Of a DNA stretch of 64,000 bases, positions 18,756 to 28,510 are shown one piece after another; positions within the stretch are counted from its first letter, which is position 1, and every line of letters begins with the position of its first letter. The notes under the pieces are model-generated. The model ran no database searches, was not told the origin of the DNA, and was given only the letters and a program-made list of their open reading frames with translations. The stretch comes from a virus. Location: the IMG/VR virus record IMGVR_UViG_3300033571_019687, positions 1-64,000 of that record; one strand, written 5' to 3'. Position numbers and translations under genes: made by a program.

Positions 18756-19991
18756 TTATTTTTTTGATCTGCTAGTAGTTTGCATTAATCTTAAAATTCT
18801 ATCATTAGATCTGTCCCCGTTTTTAACAAGGTTAGAACTTGATGATGAACTACTACCACCAGTTGTTCCAATAATTTTGTTCTCCAACAAATCTTCTTTG
18901 CTAGTATTTTTGAACTTATTATCGAATGATTCGTACAATGCCTCTACTTCACCTTCACTTGAAACCTTATCAAATTCATTAAGAATATGAACTTTCTCGT
19001 CTTTGGTTAAAGTATGCTCTCTCAATAAGTCATTAATAGCGTTGGATGTTGCCAAGTATAATTTGGCTTGGTGTATCCCTTCTGTTAATTTATTAACGGT
19101 ATTTTCATACCCTTCTGCAATTAATGCAAATTGAGAAACTTTTGCTGCAAGAGTAGCATTATTATCTTTTAGTTTTTTGTTTTCCAAAAGAGTTTTGTTG
19201 TATTTAATTCTCATCTCTTTTAGATCACTCTTAACTTTATCATGTTCTTCTTTTGAAACATCACCAGTTGAAATATTGATTTCAAACATTTTGTTTTCAT
19301 CTTCATCTTCTTCACCATTTTCATCACCCATTTCTGAGTTATTATCAATAGAAGACATTTCTGTTTCACCAGTTTCATTACTTCCTAATGATGGTTTACC
19401 AAGGTCATCGCCTTCATCACCAATCATTTCAGAATTTTCATCACCCATAGCTGGTTCACCTAATTCATCACCAGTATTAGTATTACCAGCAAGATTAGCA
19501 CCTTTAATGTTTAAGCTAATACCATCTGCTGTTTTAACAACTTCGATTTCATCAACTGCACCACCTAAAGAAATTGTATTAATGATTTCATCATCAGATG
19601 CATTTGTTAAATCAATTAGTTCTTCGCTATCATCACCTAATTCTGATGTTTCATCACCCATAACTGGCTCAGCAAGATCATCAACATTATTACCCAATTC
19701 AGGATTTTCATCACCCATAGCTGGTTCAGCAAGATCATCTCCTTCATCACCAACTACTGGTTCATTAGATGGTTCGCCGCCATCCATACCCAATTCTTGA
19801 TTTTCACCATCAGCCGGGTTAATTGTAACATCATCAGCCTCATCATCTTCCATTTCTTTAAGACCTTTAGCTACGTCCATAAATTGTTCTTTAAGGACAC
19901 TTTTTACAGTAGTGATGCTAGATTTTTTAACAGCTTTAGTCAAGTCATCAATTGCGTTAAATGCTTCGACTACTTTTGATTTACCACTCAT
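18756..19991 (-). CDS. Prohead scaffold/core protein (gp22-like)
   Basis: Directly upstream of the capsid gene; very acidic N-half, coiled-coil C-half, LLE sites. Confidence 0.75.
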   Translation of the reverse strand: MSGKSKVVEAFNAIDDLTKAVKKSSITTVKSVLKEQFMDVAKGLKEMEDDEADDVTINPADGENQELGMDGGEPSNEPVVGDEGDDLAEPAMGDENPELGNNVDDLAEPVMGDETSELGDDSEELIDLTNASDDEIINTISLGGAVDEIEVVKTADGISLNIKGANLAGNTNTGDELGEPAMGDENSEMIGDEGDDLGKPSLGSNETGETEMSSIDNNSEMGDENGEEDEDENKMFEINISTGDVSKEEHDKVKSDLKEMRIKYNKTLLENKKLKDNNATLAAKVSQFALIAEGYENTVNKLTEGIHQAKLYLATSNAINDLLREHTLTKDEKVHILNEFDKVSSEGEVEALYESFDNKFKNTSKEDLLENKIIGTTGGSSSSSSSNLVKNGDRSNDRILRLMQTTSRSKK

Positions 19992-20027
19992 TTTTTATTT
20001 ACGATATATGAATCTTATTGTTAAAAT

Positions 20028-20034
20028 TAAATAG
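20028..20034 (-). promoter_or_regulatory. CTATTTA putative late promoter (scaffold-capsid operon)
   Basis: 36 nt upstream of ATG 19991, downstream of a terminator. Confidence 0.6.
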
Positions 20035-20078
20035 CAAGTATTATATCAAAAGTTTTATTAATAATAGTCTATAAAACA

Positions 20079-20106
20079 AAAAAACCGCATAATTATGCGG
20101 TTTTTT
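20079..20106 (-). terminator. Intrinsic terminator
   Basis: aaaaaaccgcataa/ttatgcggtttttt. Confidence 0.85.
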
Positions 20107-20130
20107 ATTAAAACATAATAAGATTAATGA

Positions 20131-20394
20131 TTATTCATCTGAAAATACATCCAAAAATTTAGTTTCTAAAACACTTATCACTCTAAAATTAGTATCTACA
20201 TCACATTTTTCTGTGACAATAGCTTCTGCATCTGTAACACTATAAGCTAGTACTAAATACTGTTCTTTTTTCTTAATTACTTTACCATTGTCAGTAATCT
20301 CAATTTTTTGAGTAGTGACACTGTAGTATTTTTTATCCATTTCTTCTACACTCATACAATTAACGTTTTTTAAATTTATTAAGGAATTCAGCAA
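20131..20394 (-). CDS. DUF4494-like small protein (start probably further downstream)
   Basis: KKEQYLVLAYSVTDAE...FRVISVLETKFLDVF resembles DUF4494. Confidence 0.6.
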   Translation of the reverse strand: MLNSLINLKNVNCMSVEEMDKKYYSVTTQKIEITDNGKVIKKKEQYLVLAYSVTDAEAIVTEKCDVDTNFRVISVLETKFLDVFSDE

Positions 20395-21157
20395 ATGCAG
20401 CTTGAGATCCTGTATTATTATTTGTTTGTGTATTATAAGAACTAACTTCTTTAGTTACAAGAGTTTCATCATATTTATTTTTATCTTCAAGGTTTGGAAA
20501 TAAATATGCTCCCGGAGTAGAAGGTGTTGAAACAACATCCCAACAAATAAGTTCAAAATCTTCCTGTACAATTTTCTTATTTCCAGATTTTTTAACACTA
20601 CCTACACCCCTAGATGATAAACCGATAACACAACCATATTCAAGCATTAATGCTAAGTAATCGGCATCAGTAGAACATATACCAGATTCTCTAAATCCTC
20701 TACTAACAAGTATTTCTACTTTACCAAGTAATGTTGGTCCTTCCCAAAGTACTTCAACAATTCTAATTGGTGGACCATGTTTTAATGAAATTACAGTACT
20801 TTCTGGGTGATCTAGTTCTCCTATAGCAGATCCTTTTTTTACAACTTGTTCATCATATCTAGCTACTTCTTTATCTAATACATTACCCGGATAAACTCTA
20901 CCATTTCTATTTAATGTATCTTTTTTTTGCAGAATAGCATAATAATAGAGAGGTTTGCTATAATCAAAATTCATTTTTTTATAACCAACCTCTTTAATTA
21001 ATTCTGCTCTTTCAGTTACTAATGTACGATCTTCATTATAACAAATAACGCCGGCATCTCTTTCAATTAAAATACCTTTACCTTCATCTTCTGCCAGTAA
21101 TTCTCTGTATTGTGACATATATTTACGTTTAAACATAAATAGGTCATCTGTTACCAA
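20360..21157 (-). CDS. Prohead maturation protease (T4 gp21-like, S77)
   Basis: NRNGRVY, GELDHP, GLSSRGVGS, DVVSTPSTPGA. Confidence 0.92.
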   Translation of the reverse strand: MVTDDLFMFKRKYMSQYRELLAEDEGKGILIERDAGVICYNEDRTLVTERAELIKEVGYKKMNFDYSKPLYYYAILQKKDTLNRNGRVYPGNVLDKEVARYDEQVVKKGSAIGELDHPESTVISLKHGPPIRIVEVLWEGPTLLGKVEILVSRGFRESGICSTDADYLALMLEYGCVIGLSSRGVGSVKKSGNKKIVQEDFELICWDVVSTPSTPGAYLFPNLEDKNKYDETLVTKEVSSYNTQTNNNTGSQAAFAEFLNKFKKR

Positions 21158-21899
21158 TTAATTTATTAAAAATAATATCAAGATTATCACCTTTATTAAT
21201 GGTAAATTTGTTATTTAACATAAGCTCCATGACGCTATTATCAGATTTATAATGATTATATAACTGATCATAAGTAATATTAACATCATGTTTTATAATA
21301 TTAACACCTAAACCTTGATGTAAAGTTTTATCAACTGAGTTTGCGGTTAGTAAATAAAAAATATCCATTTCGTGTATCCTAAACAAATCGGTTATAGAAT
21401 CTGGATTAATGCTTAGAGTATCATCTATATCATCAATAACAACCACTAGATTATCTCCAGTATCTTTAAACATTTCTACCATATCGGTTTCAATATTTAA
21501 CCAGCTTTCCAAATCTGTTTCAAGTACAATATAACCTCCATTAGTTGTTTCAGATTCAATTGTACCAATAAATGAATTAAGTACTTTAGTTTTACCACTT
21601 TTTTTGCCTATAAGAATATTAACATTCGGGTAAACAAAACCTAAACTCTTTTTAGTTTCTAAAAATTCTTGTTTGTAAAAATTGTTTAATCTATTAATTA
21701 GATCTTCATGAATTTTTTTATTGTAGTCAAATAGTTCATCTTTTGGTTTAATTTCATCATTAGTTACATGCTTTGCCTTTTCAAGTATAAAACCTGTAAC
21801 TTCATTTGCTTTAATTTTATAATGACCAGTTTGAAGTCTATCTTTTGTTTTAGGATAAAGATAATAACCTTTATCGTCTCCAGCCCATCCTCTTTCCAT
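21144..21899 (-). CDS. Degenerate P-loop/AAA-like protein
   Basis: ILIGKKSGKT and VVVIDD resemble Walker A and B. Confidence 0.4.
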   Translation of the reverse strand: MERGWAGDDKGYYLYPKTKDRLQTGHYKIKANEVTGFILEKAKHVTNDEIKPKDELFDYNKKIHEDLINRLNNFYKQEFLETKKSLGFVYPNVNILIGKKSGKTKVLNSFIGTIESETTNGGYIVLETDLESWLNIETDMVEMFKDTGDNLVVVIDDIDDTLSINPDSITDLFRIHEMDIFYLLTANSVDKTLHQGLGVNIIKHDVNITYDQLYNHYKSDNSVMELMLNNKFTINKGDNLDIIFNKLIGNR

Positions 21900-21900
21900 A

Positions 21901-22332
21901 TTATTTACCTGTTTTAGTTAACGTTATATTATTATTATTTGTTATTGTATTTGAAAGAGTTTTAGAAATATTAACTAGTTCATGTTTTACCTCTTTATTC
22001 CAATCAGATCTTATTCCGCCTTTATTATATAAATTAACAGTTAGCTGCATGAAACTCTTTTTATTTACATTCATCCTATTGTCTTTCAGTTTAAGATCAA
22101 CTATATAGAACGATTTATCAAATTTATCCTGATTATTTAGAATACTTTTTAATTCATCTTTTATAGATCTTTTGAATGTATCCAAATGTTTTATATACTC
22201 AGAATTATTTGGTTGCACCCAACATCTAAACTGCATGAATGCGCTTTTAAAGTTAATGTAATCCATTGTACCATAATCAACAACGATACCGTTTTCTAAA
22301 TCTAGTGAAACCTTTTTTGTTTTTTTCTCCAT
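21901..22332 (-). CDS. Hypothetical protein
   Basis: 143-aa ORF in the head operon. Confidence 0.7.
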   Translation of the reverse strand: MEKKTKKVSLDLENGIVVDYGTMDYINFKSAFMQFRCWVQPNNSEYIKHLDTFKRSIKDELKSILNNQDKFDKSFYIVDLKLKDNRMNVNKKSFMQLTVNLYNKGGIRSDWNKEVKHELVNISKTLSNTITNNNNITLTKTGK

Positions 22333-22335
22333 AAA

Positions 22336-22380
22336 ATATTAAAGCCATAACATATATTATTTAAGTTATGGCTTTAATAT
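22336..22380 (-). terminator. 16-bp hairpin abutting a start codon (terminator or translational control)
   Basis: atattaaagccataac/gttatggctttaatat, then tttATG on the minus strand. Confidence 0.6.
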
Positions 22381-22409
22381 AATAACAAGATGTGGTTAAA
22401 CCAAATTTT

Positions 22410-22844
22410 TTAACCTAAATTATCAACATTTTCTTCAATTTTTGGTACATTTTCCAAATTAGCTGATTTTCCTAAAATATATGCACCAACAAAAGGTGTT
22501 AATGTTGCAAAATAAGATGAAAATTCAACAAGTGATTTACCTTCAACAATTCCCAAAGAACCAAATCCCAACCATATTAAAATCACAACATACATCATGA
22601 TTTCACGAGATGAGTTCTTACCTTTAGAAAACAAAGGGGTTGCATCAGATGGAGATTTATTTTCCCCATAAATGTAAGAACTAACAAAACCTATTAATGA
22701 AACAAAATAAGCCGATAGATCAACAAATGGTGTTAAATAAATATGGCCTAATACGGCAAATACTACCCAAAAAAGAATGACTATATAAATCATTCTTTCA
22801 ACTTTGGTTTTTTTAAAGATTCGATTAATTTCCAATGTTTTCAT
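22410..22844 (-). CDS. 4-TM membrane protein with internal duplication
   Basis: Two similar hydrophobic halves. Confidence 0.7.
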   Translation of the reverse strand: MKTLEINRIFKKTKVERMIYIVILFWVVFAVLGHIYLTPFVDLSAYFVSLIGFVSSYIYGENKSPSDATPLFSKGKNSSREIMMYVVILIWLGFGSLGIVEGKSLVEFSSYFATLTPFVGAYILGKSANLENVPKIEENVDNLG

Positions 22845-23493
22845 TTAAGGTCAATAATGATATAAGTGTATCTTTATTTGGTTCTTTTGATTTTAAATCA
22901 AAACATGTTGATTGTACTTGAGCAATCTGTAAAACGAAATCTTGATTACTTACGTTTTCAATTATTTTATTGTTACACTCAATAATTATCTGATTAAGGG
23001 TATTATGATAAAACTCATTAATCTTTTCAGTATCTTCATTCAAAATCGACTTAATAATATCTTTGGTTTTTTCATCAGCCTCTGAATATATCATAACACT
23101 TTCAGTAATATCATCGGATTTTTCTGCGGTAATAATATTAACTAACTGGTCTTTAATTTCATATTCTCTAAGGATTGAATTTTGCCCAAAAACGTATTCA
23201 TCTAATAAGGATGTAATAGAGTCATCATGCGTTGTATTTTCTTTCAACTCAATAATACCAGAAGTCAATGCCTGTGCCTTATTTTTTAGAGTTGTTAAAG
23301 AGTTGTCAACAAATGCAACAGCATATTCTTTATTATTAAGATGTGCTTCATTAAAAGAATCGTACATATCACAAACCTCTTTTAATAATTTACCATCACG
23401 TTTAGCCAGTTTTTTGAAAATATCTGAAATTTCCTTATCAACAGATTCATTAAGGAGTTGTTCTGTATATTGATTATATAATTTACCTAACAT
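22825..23493 (-). CDS. Hypothetical prohead-associated protein
   Basis: Between portal and protease; LLNE/S site; CTATTTA upstream. Confidence 0.55.
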   Translation of the reverse strand: MLGKLYNQYTEQLLNESVDKEISDIFKKLAKRDGKLLKEVCDMYDSFNEAHLNNKEYAVAFVDNSLTTLKNKAQALTSGIIELKENTTHDDSITSLLDEYVFGQNSILREYEIKDQLVNIITAEKSDDITESVMIYSEADEKTKDIIKSILNEDTEKINEFYHNTLNQIIIECNNKIIENVSNQDFVLQIAQVQSTCFDLKSKEPNKDTLISLLTLNENIGN

Positions 23494-23510
23494 AATATTA
23501 CGTTTTACTT

Positions 23511-23517
23511 TAAATAG
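23511..23517 (-). promoter_or_regulatory. CTATTTA putative late promoter
   Basis: 17 nt upstream of ATG 23493. Confidence 0.6.
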
Positions 23518-25425
23518 TTAATCCCTAATTATACTTCTTTTCTTACCAATTATTTGGTTAATGTTTTTAGGTAACTTCTTATTTGTTTTGTTAATAATAT
23601 CAGCCAATTCTGATAATAATTTATCAGCTTCATTTAGTTTATTATTAGGTTCTTCATCAGTATTATTTAAATTAGGCTCTCCGCTTTCTGGAGTTTCATC
23701 ACCAGCAATAGTACCTGCCAAATCTGGTATTTCATCTACACCCGGCATTTGCATTCCACTATCACCAGCACTAGATGAGAAATCTGTTGCTAAATCAGAT
23801 CCAAATGAAGGTCCTGCACCGGCACTATTTAACATTGCTGCACTACCATCACTTGCAATAGGATTACCGTTTTCATCTTTAGAGATAACATCAGGGCTAT
23901 TCAATTTTTCAGGATCAATACCATAAGCCTGATAAACCTCTGCAAATATACCAGTTTCAGCAATAACCTCAGATATTTTATTAGATTCTATAGCCGCAGC
24001 ACTTTCAATAACTTGTTTAGCCAAATCTAACCTTATTTCATCATCTGACATACCAAATACTTCTTTTAACGCCTTATGATGTGAATATGCAGCAAATCCT
24101 TTTTCAGGTCTTGTTACTAAAGCAGTATAAAGATCAATTTTAGCTTTTAATAGATCAATTTCTAATAATTTAGACTGTATAGATGGGTTATTTAAAGATA
24201 TTCTAAAATTATCTATTTCATCTTCAAAACCTAATAAATATAAGTGCATAACAGCAATCTTATTAAGTTCCATGATTAAGGCTTGCTGGATTTTATGTAC
24301 GGTTCTAGCAAATCTAACATCCATGATAGATAAATTTTTACCCTCACCAACTTCTTCTTGAAACCCAACAAAACTTTTGACAACACCTAAAGATGCTAGT
24401 AGTTTATTTTGCAGATATTCAATATCAGCAATATCACCTAAATTAGATGCACCCGGTAATGTTTCAATTGGATTTTGGATACCATTGACCCCTCTTACAG
24501 GCACAAAAAAATCTTCATCAATAGCTAACGTATTATATCTATTGTTTGTTTGGCCATCAATGGTAATATCAGTTCTTCTTTTAAAATCATTTGCAAAACT
24601 TTGTACGTAAGCTGGGATATCTTTATCATCCATATTACCAACATCTACTTTAACAACTCTTCTCTCAGGAGCCCTGATAACTCTATAACCTAACATAGCG
24701 TCTTCTGCCATTAAGACTTGTCTCCAAATTCTCCTAGAATTTTCAAGTACAGAAGTTCCATAAGGTAATTTTTTATCATCTAAAAGTAATCTAAAGTGTG
24801 CCACTTCTAAATTAGTAAATTCCAATTGACCAGTTGACCAAATAAATCTAACATCATTTGTTGTTGTACCATCAAATGTTTGAGTAAAATCTGGTTCTTT
24901 TCTAACAATTTCAACACCCGGTAATGGTCTGACTTTAACAATACCTTTAGTTGGTACAATACCTAAATGTACAAACACTTCACCGTATTTACACAAACTT
25001 CTGGCCCAACCATTTAATGTTGAATTAACATTTAATGTATTATAAAACAAATTTTCAAGCACAGTCTTAACCCTTTCACTATTTGAATTGACGGTTAATA
25101 CATTACCTTGTTCATTTATTGATGTAGCCTCTTGAGAATAAACATTAAGAGCTTGACTTATTTCTGGTGTATACTCCATCTCTTCATAATCTCTATAAGA
25201 GACTAATCTCATTGATTCATATAAACCATTACCTATTCTTAGGTTAGTAGTCAGTTTTAAGTTATTATGTTGTAGATAAGAAAATTGTTGTATTTCTTTA
25301 ACTTTTTCTTCAACATCACCGCCTGATAACCCAGCAAATGTTTTGGGGTCTACGCTATAAGAAAGATCATTGTTTTTATTAAACAATGATGCTATTTTTT
25401 GTAATACTGTTTTATTTTTTTCCAT
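23518..25425 (-). CDS. Portal protein (T4 gp20-like)
   Basis: YEEMEYTPEISQAL, VAHFRL, PYGTSVLE, EDAMLGYRVIRAPERRV..VDVGN, EDFFVP, DIEYLQNKL. Confidence 0.93.
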   Translation of the reverse strand: MEKNKTVLQKIASLFNKNNDLSYSVDPKTFAGLSGGDVEEKVKEIQQFSYLQHNNLKLTTNLRIGNGLYESMRLVSYRDYEEMEYTPEISQALNVYSQEATSINEQGNVLTVNSNSERVKTVLENLFYNTLNVNSTLNGWARSLCKYGEVFVHLGIVPTKGIVKVRPLPGVEIVRKEPDFTQTFDGTTTNDVRFIWSTGQLEFTNLEVAHFRLLLDDKKLPYGTSVLENSRRIWRQVLMAEDAMLGYRVIRAPERRVVKVDVGNMDDKDIPAYVQSFANDFKRRTDITIDGQTNNRYNTLAIDEDFFVPVRGVNGIQNPIETLPGASNLGDIADIEYLQNKLLASLGVVKSFVGFQEEVGEGKNLSIMDVRFARTVHKIQQALIMELNKIAVMHLYLLGFEDEIDNFRISLNNPSIQSKLLEIDLLKAKIDLYTALVTRPEKGFAAYSHHKALKEVFGMSDDEIRLDLAKQVIESAAAIESNKISEVIAETGIFAEVYQAYGIDPEKLNSPDVISKDENGNPIASDGSAAMLNSAGAGPSFGSDLATDFSSSAGDSGMQMPGVDEIPDLAGTIAGDETPESGEPNLNNTDEEPNNKLNEADKLLSELADIINKTNKKLPKNINQIIGKKRSIIRD

Positions 25426-25426
25426 A

Positions 25427-25648
25427 TTATTCTATGTAACCGCACTCAAAATATGAGTCATATTCAACCTTATTTGCACAACCAATAACAAACCTATCAA
25501 AAGAATATCTATTAGTTGGACCATTTTCATCACATACAATATTGCTTAATGTATCACCTTTACCAACTTTAGATGGTTTACTTGATTTAGATACATTAAC
25601 GGATACTCCCGGAGTATTAAATTTACCAGTAAGTATTTTATTTACCAT
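25427..25648 (-). CDS. Small hypothetical protein
   Basis: 73-aa ORF between terL and portal, ends 1 nt before the portal ATG. Confidence 0.55.
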   Translation of the reverse strand: MVNKILTGKFNTPGVSVNVSKSSKPSKVGKGDTLSNIVCDENGPTNRYSFDRFVIGCANKVEYDSYFECGYIE

Positions 25649-25683
25649 GTTATTACTATTTTTAAGGTTATTATGTTTTATTG

Positions 25684-25690
25684 TAAATAG
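25684..25690 (-). promoter_or_regulatory. CTATTTA putative late promoter
   Basis: 35 nt upstream of ATG 25648, just after the terL stop. Confidence 0.55.
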
Positions 25691-25693
25691 AGT

Positions 25694-27688
25694 TTATTTC
25701 ATCGGTCCAAATAAATCTTCATATAGTTTCTTTTGACCACCAAAAACATCTACGCTACCAATTACCGGTTTAAAATTAACAATGTCTTTTTTATTACCAT
25801 AATCTGGTATATAAACATTTGTATTTATCGCTGTAACATTAGGTTTTGCGCTATATAAAAACCATGAACTATTAAGGGTTGTTTGTGCTTCTGCCCCTAC
25901 TAATCTCTTATATTGTGTAGAGCACAATAACAATGCCATACCGAGTGACATGATTAAGTCATCATGGCTACCTTTTGTGTGATCGGGTCTACCATTGATA
26001 TAAACGAATTTATTTAGTTCCGCAATAAGTCTGGCACTTCTAATTTTAAATTCTTCCCTAGAAACACCTGTTTCCATTGCTGCAACAATTTCTACTCGTT
26101 TATTTTTTTTACCCATATCATATCCGGGATAAACTTCACCACTAGCAGCTTTATGCATTTCATTATCTGATAAATCATAATGGAATAATCGTCTTGGTAA
26201 TCCCATATCTTGTAGCTTACGAACTGTTACAAGACCCATACCTCCAGTAATATCAAATGTTGATATAGCATTATACTTCATGGCATACTCATAAACAAGT
26301 TCTGCTGCAATATCTGGTTTTATTTTACCATAATATTCCACAACTTGTTCATATTCCGTAACATCTATAATTTGCATACCAGTATAATCTTCACTATCAC
26401 CTCTGGATACGTCTATGGCTAGAATATATTTATGACCTTCTTTTGGTTCAGCCCATATCCATACATCACTATTCCATTTTCTATCTTTATATAAAGGGTC
26501 TTTTACGTTTTCTCTATCTTGTCTTTGTATGATCTCACTTTCTATTACGTTATTACCAGAACCATTAAATGCACATTCAAGTTCTTGATTAACTTTACGT
26601 TTATCATACTTCATATCCCTTGCCATTTTTTCATACCAAGGGGAGAAAGGTTTATAACCTTGACTTATTTTATCTTCAATGTCTCTTAAAGTGAATTTAA
26701 AACCTTCACAATAATAACTTGTGGTTACACTATTAATATCATCAAGACTTCTAGCTATTAAACCCCCCTTTTCTTTAAATTGTGCTTTAGTATTACCAAT
26801 CGAATTTGATATAAATTCATCAACATCTATAGATTCATTAGTGGTATCACTATTATATGGTAGTTTTTTATATTTAGAGTAATATTCTTTATTAAACGTG
26901 AAATCGTCTCCAAGTACATTTTCTATAATTATCTCAGTCTTTTCATCATCCGGTTTTAACATATAATCAACAAGATCATTTGTTCTAACCATTTTAAGAC
27001 CTTTATTATATCTTGGGTCATTATACCATTTTAAATGAGTAATAAGGAAGTTACTATTTCCGTTTATAGCTGACTCATAAGCTTCATAATAAATTGGATC
27101 TTGGCCATTAGGGGTTGATATAAGTATTATTCTACCACCAGTAGAAATAGATGCCATTGTAGCTGCCCAGAAGTCCTCTGCAACATCGATAAATGCTGCT
27201 TCGTCCATAATGATCAGTGTTGGTGTATAACCTCTCAAAGCATCATTAGATGTACCAACGGCTTTAACCTCACAGTTATTACTCAATTTAAAATGATATG
27301 CCGCATCCTTTTCAAACGTAATGTTTAACCATGATGGAAATTCTTTTATAAAGTTCTTAATTTTATTTAAGAACTCACCAGCCATTGTTAACTTATTGGC
27401 AATAATAAGAATTCTATGGGGAGATTTTGGTAAAGCAAATGAACATATTGAAGAACAATAAGCGGCAGTTGTCGTAGATACACCAGCTTGTCTGTACTTT
27501 AATGTGATTTGATGTTTATCAGAGTAATGATAATTATTAATCAGTTTTTTCTGATCTTCAAACAAAGTAAATCTGACAAACGAGTTTTTTGTTAAGTCAA
27601 ACGTCTTAAGGTAAGTCTCGATTGCATATATTGGGTCTTTATGACCTTTTAAAAATTCAGCATTTATTTGTTGTTTGGTTATTGGCAT
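25694..27688 (-). CDS. terL: Terminase large subunit
   Basis: LKYRQAGVST Walker A variant, IIMDEAAF, ISTPNG, nuclease IDVSRGDSED and HDDLIMS. Confidence 0.93.
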   Translation of the reverse strand: MPITKQQINAEFLKGHKDPIYAIETYLKTFDLTKNSFVRFTLFEDQKKLINNYHYSDKHQITLKYRQAGVSTTTAAYCSSICSFALPKSPHRILIIANKLTMAGEFLNKIKNFIKEFPSWLNITFEKDAAYHFKLSNNCEVKAVGTSNDALRGYTPTLIIMDEAAFIDVAEDFWAATMASISTGGRIILISTPNGQDPIYYEAYESAINGNSNFLITHLKWYNDPRYNKGLKMVRTNDLVDYMLKPDDEKTEIIIENVLGDDFTFNKEYYSKYKKLPYNSDTTNESIDVDEFISNSIGNTKAQFKEKGGLIARSLDDINSVTTSYYCEGFKFTLRDIEDKISQGYKPFSPWYEKMARDMKYDKRKVNQELECAFNGSGNNVIESEIIQRQDRENVKDPLYKDRKWNSDVWIWAEPKEGHKYILAIDVSRGDSEDYTGMQIIDVTEYEQVVEYYGKIKPDIAAELVYEYAMKYNAISTFDITGGMGLVTVRKLQDMGLPRRLFHYDLSDNEMHKAASGEVYPGYDMGKKNKRVEIVAAMETGVSREEFKIRSARLIAELNKFVYINGRPDHTKGSHDDLIMSLGMALLLCSTQYKRLVGAEAQTTLNSSWFLYSAKPNVTAINTNVYIPDYGNKKDIVNFKPVIGSVDVFGGQKKLYEDLFGPMK

Positions 27689-28275
27689 ACAAATTTAACA
27701 TTATTTACATTACCTTCTTGTATTAAACTCAACTGTTTTAATACTTGATTCATATCACTACCTTTTTCAACACTAGATGTATAAATAAGTCTACCTATAT
27801 TTCCTAATGAAGATTTAATTAACGAAATATCATAAACATTTAAATTAGCATATACCATTTCATCCATAATCACATCTGTAAAAGTTTCCGCATAAAAATC
27901 ATTTTTATTAAAAGTACTAAACTTAATTGAATTACTATTCTCAAAAGTTAATATATTTCTCGATTTTATGTATTCAATATAATCATGATTAGTTTTTAAT
28001 TCACGTTCTATTAAACTGGTAAAATGTGATGCAGATGCGTAATTGGGTGTTAAATATAAAATTTTAGTATTATACCCATTTAGTAGTTGTTTAATACAAT
28101 ATGCAATATTAATACTACTAATTCCAGTCATTCTATGTTTTAATATGATAAGATTATCCATACTATTATCATATTCACTAATAATACTCTTTTGATAAGG
28201 ATATAAATCAATCTTATTATTTTTGTAGTTAGTCAGTTTTAAAACATTAGTTGTATAATTTTCTAATAAGTACAT
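27679..28275 (-). CDS. Stand-alone degenerate terminase-ATPase-like protein
   Basis: LYPYQ, LKHRMTGISS, VIMDE, RLIYTSS align with the TerL N-domain. Confidence 0.65.
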   Translation of the reverse strand: MYLLENYTTNVLKLTNYKNNKIDLYPYQKSIISEYDNSMDNLIILKHRMTGISSINIAYCIKQLLNGYNTKILYLTPNYASASHFTSLIERELKTNHDYIEYIKSRNILTFENSNSIKFSTFNKNDFYAETFTDVIMDEMVYANLNVYDISLIKSSLGNIGRLIYTSSVEKGSDMNQVLKQLSLIQEGNVNNVKFVCQ

Positions 28276-28278
28276 AAA

Positions 28279-28506
28279 TCAATTCTTTAGTAATGAGTCC
28301 GCAATGTCATCAGCAATAATATGTAACATGGTTTCATTTATTCTAGTATATGGACTCTTATTTTTATCATCATCATTAGTTAAATCAATACCAGCAGTTG
28401 TTAAAGCATCTTTAACCTCGTCTTTTGTTTTTTTTATAGTATCAATTTTTCTAGCGATGTCATTTGTATTAAGTACTTCACTTAATTTGTATCTTTGTTT
28501 TCCCAT
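28279..28506 (-). CDS. Small hypothetical protein
   Basis: 75-aa ORF in operon. Confidence 0.6.
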   Translation of the reverse strand: MGKQRYKLSEVLNTNDIARKIDTIKKTKDEVKDALTTAGIDLTNDDDKNKSPYTRINETMLHIIADDIADSLLKN

Positions 28507-28510
28507 AGTA

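Noticed and set aside
25427-25648. TPGVS resembling the sheath N-terminal SPGVY
   Set aside because: Five-residue similarity only
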